Shown here piece after piece: positions 26,437 through 34,573 of a DNA stretch of 64,000 nt. The stretch's first letter is position 1, and each line of letters starts with the position of its first letter. Source of the stretch: Candidatus Egerieimonas intestinavium (GTDB lineage Bacteria > Bacillota > Clostridia > Lachnospirales > Lachnospiraceae); NCBI GenBank assembly GCA_018711815.1, contig DVHU01000104.1, positions 90 to 64,089 on the forward strand, given 5' to 3'. The translations under genes were made by a program, and so were the position numbers. The notes beneath the pieces were generated by a model that made no database searches, was not told the DNA's origin, and saw nothing but the letters and a program-made list of their open reading frames with translations.

Positions 26437-28598
26437 AATTGTACCGACATTTAAAAGGCTCTTACCGCTACATTGTCTGTATTGTGCTGTTGCTGCTGCT
26501 GCAGGCCAACTGTGATCTGGCTCTGCCCAGCTATACCTCCAACATTGTCAATGTTGGAATTCAGCAGCAGGGGGTGGAAAACGGTGTGCCCAAACAGATA
26601 CGGGAGGAGACGCTGGAGCATTTATTCCTTTTTATGGAAGAGGATGATATTGCCCGGGTGAAGGATGCCTACACCCTGGGGCAGGAAGGAATCTGGGAGC
26701 TGAAGAAGCTGAACAAGAGTGAGACAGAGGAGCTGGAGAAGCTCCTGGCTGTGCCGGAGATGATCGTCAGCGGCCTTTCCGGAGACAGCCAACAGGCGGC
26801 CCAGATGCGGCAGCAGATGAACCTGCCCCAGGAGGCGGACCTCTTTGCGGTGTTCGCGCAGATTCCCAAGGAACAGCTTCTGGCGCAGATGGAGGAGCAG
26901 GCCAGCAAGCTGGAGGAGATGCCCGACACCATGCTGACCCAGAGCGCCGTGCTGTTTGTGCAGCAGGAGTATGAGGCCCAGGGGATCAGCCTGGATACCC
27001 TGCAGACCGATTACATCAAGAGCTCAGGGATTCAGATGCTGGGGCTGGCCTTTGTGACTATGGCAGCGGCCATAGCGGTTACCTTCCTGTCCTGCCGCTT
27101 GGCGGCCTCCCTGGGCAGGAGTCTGAGAAATGAGATTTTTGGCAAAGTAATCTCTTTCTCCAGCAGTGAGATGAATCAGTTTTCTACGGCTTCCCTGATC
27201 ACCAGAAGCACCAACGATATTCAGCAGGTGCAGATGATGACTACCATGATGTTCAGGATCGTGCTGTACGCCCCTATCCTGGGCATCGGCGGCGTGATTA
27301 AGGTGCTGAACACGGAGGGCTCCATGACCTGGATCCTGGCGGTGGCCGTGGCGCTGATTATGGTAGTGGTGGGCGTGCTTTTTAAGGTGGCTATGCCCCG
27401 GTTCCGCCGGCTGCAGACCCTCATCGACCGGGTGAACCTGGTGGCCAGAGAGATTCTCACCGGTATTCCGGTGATTCGGGCTTTCTCCCGGGAGAAGCGG
27501 GAGGAGGAACGCTTTGAGGAGGCCAACCAGAACCTGACCAGAACAAATCTCTTTGTCAACCGCTGTATGACCTTTATGATGCCGCTGATGATGCTGATCA
27601 TGAACGGAATTACCGTTCTTATCGTCTACACCGGGGCTCACACCATTGACAGCGGTACCATGCAGGTGGGAGACATGATGGCCTTTATTCAGTACGCCAT
27701 GCAGATTATCATGTCCTTCCTGATGATCACTATGATTTCCATTATGCTGCCCCGGGCAGAGGTGTCCGCCAAGCGGATCAACCAGGTGCTGGATACCCAA
27801 GTGGAGATTGAAAATCCCGCCATCTGCAAAAGTCCCCGGGAGGATAAAAAGGGAGAGCTGGAGTTTCGCAATGTATCCTTTGCCTACCCGGGGGCTGAGG
27901 AGAAGGTGCTGGAAAATATTTCCTTTACGGCGGCCAGGGGAGAGACTGTGGCCTTCATCGGAAGCACCGGAAGCGGAAAGAGCACGCTGGTAAATCTGAT
28001 TCCCCGATTTTTCGACGTGACGGAGGGAGAGATTCTCCTGGACGGCGTGGATATCCGGGAGATGGATCTGAAGGATCTGCGCCGGCGCCTGGGCTATGTG
28101 CCCCAGAAGGGCGTGCTCTTCTCGGGAACCATTGACTCTAACTTAAGGTACGGCTGCCCCGACGCGCCGGAGGAGGCTATCCGCAGGGCGGCGGAGATTG
28201 CCCAGGCCACGGAATTTATCGAGGCTAAGCCGGAGAAATACCGCTCGCCCATCGCCCAGGGGGGAAGCAACGTGTCCGGCGGTCAGAAGCAGCGGCTCTC
28301 CATCGCCAGGGCCATCGCCAAGAACCCGGAGGTATATATTTTCGACGACAGCTTTTCCGCCCTGGACTTTAAGACGGATGTGACTCTGCGGAAAGCTTTA
28401 AAGGAGTCTACCGGGGACGCCACCACCCTGATTGTGGCCCAGCGGATCAGTACCATCATCCACGCGGATCAGATTTTGGTGCTGGATGAGGGCCGGGTGG
28501 CCGGAAAGGGAACCCATAAGGAATTGCTGAAAACCTGTGAAGTGTATCGCCAGATTGCGACTTCCCAGCTGTCAGAGGAGGAATTGGACAATGAGTAA
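26430..28598 (+). CDS. ABC exporter, fused TMD-NBD (heterodimer partner 1)
   Basis: 722 aa. 6-TM type-I exporter domain with a ~150-aa insertion between TM1 and TM2. Walker A GSTGSGKST, signature VSGGQKQR, Walker B IFDDSFSALD. Confidence 0.9.
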   Translation: MLKLYRHLKGSYRYIVCIVLLLLLQANCDLALPSYTSNIVNVGIQQQGVENGVPKQIREETLEHLFLFMEEDDIARVKDAYTLGQEGIWELKKLNKSETEELEKLLAVPEMIVSGLSGDSQQAAQMRQQMNLPQEADLFAVFAQIPKEQLLAQMEEQASKLEEMPDTMLTQSAVLFVQQEYEAQGISLDTLQTDYIKSSGIQMLGLAFVTMAAAIAVTFLSCRLAASLGRSLRNEIFGKVISFSSSEMNQFSTASLITRSTNDIQQVQMMTTMMFRIVLYAPILGIGGVIKVLNTEGSMTWILAVAVALIMVVVGVLFKVAMPRFRRLQTLIDRVNLVAREILTGIPVIRAFSREKREEERFEEANQNLTRTNLFVNRCMTFMMPLMMLIMNGITVLIVYTGAHTIDSGTMQVGDMMAFIQYAMQIIMSFLMITMISIMLPRAEVSAKRINQVLDTQVEIENPAICKSPREDKKGELEFRNVSFAYPGAEEKVLENISFTAARGETVAFIGSTGSGKSTLVNLIPRFFDVTEGEILLDGVDIREMDLKDLRRRLGYVPQKGVLFSGTIDSNLRYGCPDAPEEAIRRAAEIAQATEFIEAKPEKYRSPIAQGGSNVSGGQKQRLSIARAIAKNPEVYIFDDSFSALDFKTDVTLRKALKESTGDATTLIVAQRISTIIHADQILVLDEGRVAGKGTHKELLKTCEVYRQIATSQLSEEELDNE

Positions 28599-30441
28599 TG
28601 GAACAGGAAATCGTCCTCCCAGAGGGCCCATGGGCCGCGGTATGGGCCATGGCATGGGAGGAGAGAAGGCCAAGGATTTCACCGGGGCCATGAAAAAGCT
28701 GCTGAAATATATGGAGCGCTACAAGTTCCGGCTGCTGATTATGATTATTTTTGCCATAGCCGGAACTACCTTCTCCATCGTGGGTCCCAAGATTCTGGGA
28801 AAAGCCACCACGGAGCTGTTTAACGGCCTGGTGGCCAAGATTCAGGGCACCGGAGGCATTGATTTCGGAAAGATCGGACAGATTCTTCTTGGGGTGCTCT
28901 GCCTCTATCTGGTGTCCGCGACCTTTTCCTTCATCCAAGGATTTGTGATGACGGGCATCTCCAACGACGTGAGCTACTCCCTGCGAAGGGATATCTCCCA
29001 GAAGATTAACCGGATTCCCCTGAAATATTTCGAGAGCCGGACCTACGGGGAGGTGCTCTCCAGGGTAACCAACGATGTGGATACCCTGCAGATGAGCTTG
29101 AACCAGAGTATCACCCAGCTGATCACCTCTGTGACCATGCTGGTGGGCGTGTTCTTTATGATGCTCTCCATCAATGTGTGGATGACGCTGGTGGCCCTGC
29201 TGATTCTGCCGGTGTCCATGGCCATCATCGGTCAGGTGATGAAGCGGTCCCAGAAATATTTCCGGGCCCAGCAGAGATACCTGGGCGAGGTCAACGGCCA
29301 GGTGGAGGAGATCTACAGCGGCCACAATATTGTGAAAGCCTTTAATAAGGAAGGAGATGTGGAGGCCACCTTCCAGGAGACCAACGATCAGCTCTATACC
29401 TCCGCCTGGAAATCCCAATTTTTCTCCGGCATGATGATGCCCATCATGCAGTTTGTGGGAAATCTGGGTTATGTGATGGTGGCTATCCTGGGCGGTTATC
29501 TGACCATCAAGGGAAGCATCCAGGTGGGAGATATTCAGTCCTTCTTCCAGTATATCCGCAACTTTACCCAGCCGGTGCAGCAGATCGCCCAGGTGACCAA
29601 CCTGCTTCAGTCCTCTGCCGCGGCCTCCGAGCGTGTCTTTGAGTTTTTGGAGGTGGAAGAGGAGGATCAGACGGTGGAAAATCCGGTGTCCCTGGAGGGA
29701 CTCCAGGGAAATGTAAAATTCTCCCATGTGAGCTTCGGCTACCAGCCGGATAAAATCATCATCCACGATTTCTCCGCGGACGTGAAGGCGGGCCAGAAGG
29801 TGGCTATCGTGGGCCCCACGGGAGCCGGAAAGACCACCATGGTCAAGCTGCTGATGCGGTTCTACGATGTGAACAGCGGAGGAATCTTTGTGGACGGCCA
29901 CAACGTGAAGGATTTTAACCGTTCACAGCTGCGGGAAATGTTCGGCATGGTGCTCCAGGACACATGGCTGTTCTCCGGCACGATTATGGAGAACATCCGC
30001 TACGGCCGCCTGGACGCCACTGACGAGGAGGTAATCGCCGCGGCCAAGGCAGCCCACGCCCACCGGTTTATCATGACCCAGCCGGAGGGCTACAACACGG
30101 TGCTCAACGAGGAGACCAGCAACATCTCCCAGGGCCAGAAGCAGCTGCTGACCATCGCCAGGGCCATCCTGGCGGACAATCGGATTCTGATTCTCGACGA
30201 GGCCACCTCCTCGGTGGATACCAGAACCGAGGAGCAGATCCAGAAGGCCATGGATAACCTGATGAAAGGCCGGACCAGTTTTGTCATCGCCCACCGGCTT
30301 TCCACCATCCGGGATGCGGACTGCATCCTGGTAATGAAGGACGGGGATATCATCGAGCAGGGCAGCCATCAGGAGCTCCTGGCCAGGGGCGGCTTCTACG
30401 CGGGTCTCTATAACAGCCAGTTTGAGAAAATCGGCGCATAA
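28591..30441 (+). CDS. ABC exporter, fused TMD-NBD (heterodimer partner 2)
   Basis: Walker A GPTGAGKTT, signature ISQGQKQL, Walker B ILDEATSSVD. ATG 28591 overlaps the upstream stop (ATGAGTAA). Confidence 0.9.
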   Translation: MSNGTGNRPPRGPMGRGMGHGMGGEKAKDFTGAMKKLLKYMERYKFRLLIMIIFAIAGTTFSIVGPKILGKATTELFNGLVAKIQGTGGIDFGKIGQILLGVLCLYLVSATFSFIQGFVMTGISNDVSYSLRRDISQKINRIPLKYFESRTYGEVLSRVTNDVDTLQMSLNQSITQLITSVTMLVGVFFMMLSINVWMTLVALLILPVSMAIIGQVMKRSQKYFRAQQRYLGEVNGQVEEIYSGHNIVKAFNKEGDVEATFQETNDQLYTSAWKSQFFSGMMMPIMQFVGNLGYVMVAILGGYLTIKGSIQVGDIQSFFQYIRNFTQPVQQIAQVTNLLQSSAAASERVFEFLEVEEEDQTVENPVSLEGLQGNVKFSHVSFGYQPDKIIIHDFSADVKAGQKVAIVGPTGAGKTTMVKLLMRFYDVNSGGIFVDGHNVKDFNRSQLREMFGMVLQDTWLFSGTIMENIRYGRLDATDEEVIAAAKAAHAHRFIMTQPEGYNTVLNEETSNISQGQKQLLTIARAILADNRILILDEATSSVDTRTEEQIQKAMDNLMKGRTSFVIAHRLSTIRDADCILVMKDGDIIEQGSHQELLARGGFYAGLYNSQFEKIGA

Positions 30442-30465
30442 AAAATAAAATAAGGAAGCCCGAGA

Positions 30466-30527
30466 GGGCCGCGGCAGAGAGAGGACTCCGAAATAAATTC
30501 GGAGGAAAAATCTGCGGCGGCCCTTTT
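30466..30527 (+). terminator. Long imperfect hairpin + T-run after the ABC exporter operon
   Basis: GGGCCGCGGCAGA ... CTCCGAA-ataaa-TTCGGAG ... TCTGCGGCGGCCC then TTTT. An outer clamp AAGGAAGCC (30452-30460) pairs with GGCTTCCTT (30545-30553). Confidence 0.7.
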
Positions 30528-30618
30528 ACCTGGGAAAAACATCCGGCTTCCTTTAGAAGGTGCGCCTAAAATTAACAGAAAGTCCCCGCTGCTTTTTGAC
30601 AAAACTGACGGAAAACTA

Positions 30619-30647
30619 TTGAAAAAAGTCGTCAAACCATGTATTAT
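30619..30647 (+). promoter_or_regulatory. Candidate promoter of the decarboxylase operon
   Basis: TTGAAA (30619-30624), 17-nt spacer, TATTAT (30642-30647). A consensus TTGACA at 30596-30601 lies just upstream. Confidence 0.4.
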
Positions 30648-30705
30648 TAAAGTTGGCGGAAATTGGTCAAACTTTTTATTTTTATAGAAAATGGAGGACA
30701 TAAGA

Positions 30706-32142
30706 ATGAGTAACACATCACAAAGCTTAGCAAGTCAAAGAATCGCTTCTTTACTTGACGAAAACAGTTTTGTTGAGATCGGTGGACAGATTACTGCCAG
30801 AAGCACCGACTTCAACTTATCTGCGAAAGAGACTCCGTCTGACGGCGTCATCACCGGCTACGGTGTGATCGACGGCAACCTGGTTTATGTGTACAGCCAG
30901 GACGCTTCCGTGTTAAACGGAACCATCGGAGAGATGCACGCCAAGAAGATTGCAAGACTGTATGAGTTCGCTCTGAAGACCGGCGCACCGGTAATCGGTC
31001 TCATCGACTGTGCGGGCCTGCGGCTTCAGGAGGCCACCGACGCCTTAAATGGCTTCGGAGAAATCTACATGGCTCAGACCATGGCCAGCGGAGTGGTTCC
31101 GCAGATCACCGCCATCTTCGGAAACTGCGGCGGCGGCCTGGCTCTGATTCCCGCCCTGACAGATTTTACTTTCATGGAAGAGAAGAAGGCTAAGCTTTTC
31201 GTTAATTCCCCCAACGCTATCGAGGGAAATACAGCGGCTAAATGCGATACCGCCAGCGCTTCTTACCAGAGCAGCGAGGCTGGCCTGGTGGATTATGTGG
31301 GAGAAGAGGAAGAAATCCTTTCCCAGATCCGGGCTCTGGTTTCCATGCTGCCGGCCAACAATGAGGACGACATGTCTTACATGGAGTGCAGCGATGATCT
31401 GAACCGTGTCTGTGCGGAGCTGGAGAACTGTGTGGGAGATACTTCCATCGCCCTTTCCCAGATCAGCGACGACAACGTGTTCTTTGAGGTGAAGGCAGAT
31501 TACGCCAAGGATATGGTTACCGGCTTCATCAAGCTGAACGGAACCACCGTGGGCGCTGTGGCCAACCGCACAGAGATTTACAACGAGGACGGAGAGAAGA
31601 CGGACAGCTTCGACGCCGTGCTCACCGCCAGAGGAGCCAGAAAGGCAGCGGGCTTCGTGAAGTTCTGCGACGCTTTCAATATTCCGGTGCTGACTCTGAC
31701 TAATGTAACCGGCTTCCATGCCAGCAAGTGCTCTGAGGCAAATATGGCCAAGGCAGTGGCAGAGCTGACATACGCCTTCGCCAACGCCACCGTTCCCAAG
31801 GTAAATGTGGTGATCGGCAAGGCTTACGGCAGCGCATATCTGGCCATGAACAGCAAGTCTATCGGCGCCGATATGGTTTACGCATGGCCGGGCGCAGAGA
31901 TCGGTATGATGGATGCCCGGATGGCAGCTAAGATCATGTATGCCAACGCGGATGCAGCCACCATCAATGAGAAGGCCGCAGAGTACGCGGATCTGCAGTC
32001 CAATGTGACCTCCGCAGCCAGAAGAGGCTATGTGGATACCATTATCCAGCCGGAGGATACCAGAAAATATGTGATTGGTGCTTTTGAAATGCTGTTCACA
32101 AAGAGAGAGAATCGTCCCGACAAGAAGCACGGCACGGTTTAA
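30706..32142 (+). CDS. Acyl-CoA-type carboxyltransferase subunit (MmdA/GcdA-like, 12S-like)
   Basis: 478 aa with a two-lobed carboxyl-transferase domain: GVITGYGVIDGNLVYVYSQD, PVIGLIDCAGLRLQE, AIFGNCGGGLA, PVLTLTNVTGF, GKAYGSAYLAM. GGAGG RBS 8 nt upstream of ATG 30706. Confidence 0.85.
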   Translation: MSNTSQSLASQRIASLLDENSFVEIGGQITARSTDFNLSAKETPSDGVITGYGVIDGNLVYVYSQDASVLNGTIGEMHAKKIARLYEFALKTGAPVIGLIDCAGLRLQEATDALNGFGEIYMAQTMASGVVPQITAIFGNCGGGLALIPALTDFTFMEEKKAKLFVNSPNAIEGNTAAKCDTASASYQSSEAGLVDYVGEEEEILSQIRALVSMLPANNEDDMSYMECSDDLNRVCAELENCVGDTSIALSQISDDNVFFEVKADYAKDMVTGFIKLNGTTVGAVANRTEIYNEDGEKTDSFDAVLTARGARKAAGFVKFCDAFNIPVLTLTNVTGFHASKCSEANMAKAVAELTYAFANATVPKVNVVIGKAYGSAYLAMNSKSIGADMVYAWPGAEIGMMDARMAAKIMYANADAATINEKAAEYADLQSNVTSAARRGYVDTIIQPEDTRKYVIGAFEMLFTKRENRPDKKHGTV

Positions 32143-32155
32143 GCGAGGTGAGCAT

Positions 32156-32914
32156 ATGAAGCAGAGAAAAAATAAAATAGTTACGCTGATGCTGGCAGGT
32201 CTGCTGACCTTCTCCCTTGCCGCCTGCGGAAACACGGAGGATGAGAGCGAGGCCAGAAGCCAGGCTCGGTACGAGGAAGTTAAGGCTGATCTGGAGACAG
32301 GGGCGGAGACCCTGACCAACACCCTGACTGCCCTGACCGACGCGGAGCGGGAGAGCTATAAGGAATCCACAGACTCCTTCACCGTGGCCGCTGTGGAGGC
32401 CTGGGAGGATGTCATGGACGAGGCCGGAGAGCTGGTGCAGATCCAGAGCGTTACCTCTGAGAATGACGAAGATAACTATACGGCCACCGTGCTGGCTGAG
32501 TGCTCCGAGAATGACGTGGAGTTTGTATACACCTACGACAAGGATACCGGCGCGGCTACCAGTATCGCCGTGAATGTGGAGTATTCCCTGGCCACCAATA
32601 TGCAGCGGGCGGGAATGAACACCATCATGGGACTGGGCATTGTGTTCCTGGTGCTGATTTTCCTGTGCTTTATCATTTCCCTGTTCAAGCATGTGAATAA
32701 GGCAGTCAGCAGACAGGAGAAAAAGGAGGAGCCCGTGAAGGCAGCTCCGGCCCCGGCGCCTGTGGCAGAGATCCAGGAGGAGGATCTGACCGATGACCTG
32801 GAGCTGGTGGCGGTGATCACCGCGGCCATCGCGGCGTCCCAGCAGACATCCGCAGACGGATTTGTGGTGCGTTCCATTAAAAAAGCAAATAGAAGTAAAT
32901 GGCAGAGAGCCTAA
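32156..32914 (+). CDS. OadG/MmdD-like small membrane subunit with N-terminal lipoprotein ectodomain
   Basis: Lipobox LTFSLAAC|G, an acidic ~150-aa domain, one TM (GLGIVFLVLIFLCFIISLF), an Ala/Pro linker, and the OadG-type tail LELVAVITAAIAAS. Confidence 0.6.
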   Translation: MKQRKNKIVTLMLAGLLTFSLAACGNTEDESEARSQARYEEVKADLETGAETLTNTLTALTDAERESYKESTDSFTVAAVEAWEDVMDEAGELVQIQSVTSENDEDNYTATVLAECSENDVEFVYTYDKDTGAATSIAVNVEYSLATNMQRAGMNTIMGLGIVFLVLIFLCFIISLFKHVNKAVSRQEKKEEPVKAAPAPAPVAEIQEEDLTDDLELVAVITAAIAASQQTSADGFVVRSIKKANRSKWQRA

Positions 32915-32931
32915 GTTTGGAGGAAGAAAAG

Positions 32932-33297
32932 ATGAAAAATTATACCATTACTGTAAACGGAAACGTGTATGATGTAACTGTTGAAGAGGGCGGCGCAGGA
33001 GCGGCAGCTCCCGTGGCAGCACCCAAGGCGGCTCCCAAGGCAGCCCCCAAAGCAGCAGCTCCCAAGGCCGCAGCCGCAGCAGGCGGCGTAGCCATCAAGG
33101 CTTCTCTGCCCGGCAAGGTAGTAAAGATTGAGGCAAATGTAGGACAGGCAGTAAAGGCCGGCGATAACGTAGTAGTTCTGGAAGCCATGAAAATGGAAGT
33201 TCCGGTTGTTGCTCCCCAGGACGGTACCATCGCAAGCATTGACGTGGCAGTTGGCGACGCAGTGGAATCCGGAGACGCTCTGGCATCCATGAACTAA
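32932..33297 (+). CDS. Biotin carboxyl carrier protein (1.3S/MmdC/GcdC-like)
   Basis: 121 aa. Ala/Pro/Lys linker (APKAAPKAAPKAA) and a biotinyl domain with the motif VLEAMKMEVPV. Confidence 0.9.
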   Translation: MKNYTITVNGNVYDVTVEEGGAGAAAPVAAPKAAPKAAPKAAAPKAAAAAGGVAIKASLPGKVVKIEANVGQAVKAGDNVVVLEAMKMEVPVVAPQDGTIASIDVAVGDAVESGDALASMN

Positions 33298-33372
33298 GAA
33301 TTTACAGACTCTGTAAATTCCCAACAGCGAAAGATACATGTTTGCTGAATTATCGAAACGGGAGGTTAAAAC

Positions 33373-34533
33373 ATGTCTTATATTACAGAGACATTGTCAA
33401 ATCTGGTGAACCAGACCGCATTCCTGAACCTGGAATGGGGCAACTACGTGATGATCCTCGTTGCCTGCGTGTTCCTGTATTTGGCAATTAAAAAAGATTA
33501 TGAGCCGCTGCTGCTGGTGCCCATCGCATTCGGTATGCTGCTGGTTAATATCTATCCGGATATTATGGCTCAGCCCTATGTGGATGCCAACGGTATTTCC
33601 CATGCGGGCGGCCTGCTGCATTACTTCTACCTGATGGACGAGTGGAGTATTCTGCCGTCCCTGATCTTCATGGGAGTGGGCGCTATGACCGACTTCGGTC
33701 CCCTGATCGCCAACCCCAAGAGCTTCCTGATGGGAGCCGCCGCCCAGCTGGGTATCTACGTGGCATACTTCCTGGCCATCTTCATGGGCTTCAACGGGAA
33801 GGCCGCAGCGGCTATCTCCATCATCGGAGGAGCCGACGGACCTACCTCTATCTTCCTGGCCGGAAAATTGGGACAGACGGCCCTGCTGGGGCCCATCGCC
33901 GTGGCGGCATATTCCTATATGTCCCTGGTGCCCATTATCCAGCCGCCGATCATGAAGCTTCTAACCACGGAGAAGGAGCGGAAGATCAAGATGGAGCAGC
34001 TGCGTCCGGTGTCCAAGCTGGAGAAAATTCTGTTCCCCATCGTTATTACCATCGTTGTTTGTATGATCCTGCCCACCACGGCACCCCTGGTTGGTATGCT
34101 GATGCTGGGTAACCTGTTCCGGGAGTCCGGCGTGGTTCATCAGCTGACGGAGACCGCCTCCAACGCCCTGATGTACATCGTGGTAATCCTGCTGGGTACC
34201 TCCGTGGGAGCCACCACCAGCGCAGAGGCTTTCCTGAATCTGGATACCATCAAGATCGTTATCCTGGGTCTGGTGGCCTTCGCCTTCGGTACCGCCGGCG
34301 GCGTTCTTCTGGGCAAACTCATGTGCAAGCTGTCCGGAGGCAAGATCAACCCGCTGATCGGCTCCGCAGGCGTGTCCGCGGTTCCCATGGCAGCCCGTGT
34401 ATCCCAGAAGGTTGGAGCTGAGGCAGATCCCACCAACTTCCTGCTGATGCACGCTATGGGTCCCAACGTGGCAGGCGTTATCGGTACAGCCGTTGCAGCC
34501 GGTACCTTTATGGCAATCTTTGGGGTAATGTAA
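33373..34533 (+). CDS. Na+-translocating decarboxylase beta subunit (OadB/MmdB/GcdB family)
   Basis: 386-aa polytopic protein with family motifs: EPLLLVPIAFGMLLVN, GADGPTSIFLA, NPLIGSAGVSAVPMAARV, MHAMGPNVAGVIG. Confidence 0.9.
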   Translation: MSYITETLSNLVNQTAFLNLEWGNYVMILVACVFLYLAIKKDYEPLLLVPIAFGMLLVNIYPDIMAQPYVDANGISHAGGLLHYFYLMDEWSILPSLIFMGVGAMTDFGPLIANPKSFLMGAAAQLGIYVAYFLAIFMGFNGKAAAAISIIGGADGPTSIFLAGKLGQTALLGPIAVAAYSYMSLVPIIQPPIMKLLTTEKERKIKMEQLRPVSKLEKILFPIVITIVVCMILPTTAPLVGMLMLGNLFRESGVVHQLTETASNALMYIVVILLGTSVGATTSAEAFLNLDTIKIVILGLVAFAFGTAGGVLLGKLMCKLSGGKINPLIGSAGVSAVPMAARVSQKVGAEADPTNFLLMHAMGPNVAGVIGTAVAAGTFMAIFGVM

Positions 34534-34573
34534 ACTGCCGATGCTTGAATAATGAATAGAGAGGAATAAGAAT

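Noticed and set aside
28537-28590. Upstream in-frame start (28537) extending the second ABC exporter by 18 residues
   Set aside because: The extension (MKCIARLRLPSCQRRNWT) lies wholly inside the upstream gene and has no RBS. ATG 28591 gives the usual ATGA-type stop/start coupling.
28456-29901. 481-aa minus-strand ORF opposite the second ABC exporter. Similar long antisense ORFs occur at 1325-2170, 2728-3573, 13086-14009, 14831-15829, 16702-17466, 18757-19890, 22408-23736, 31045-32322, 45268-46131, 46752-47753, 52142-53386, 58699-59925, 60856-61734 and 62445-63365.
   Set aside because: Each one mirrors a gene with clear family motifs on the other strand. Their translations are H/G/R/P/L-rich without motifs. 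They are composition artefacts, not overlapping genes.
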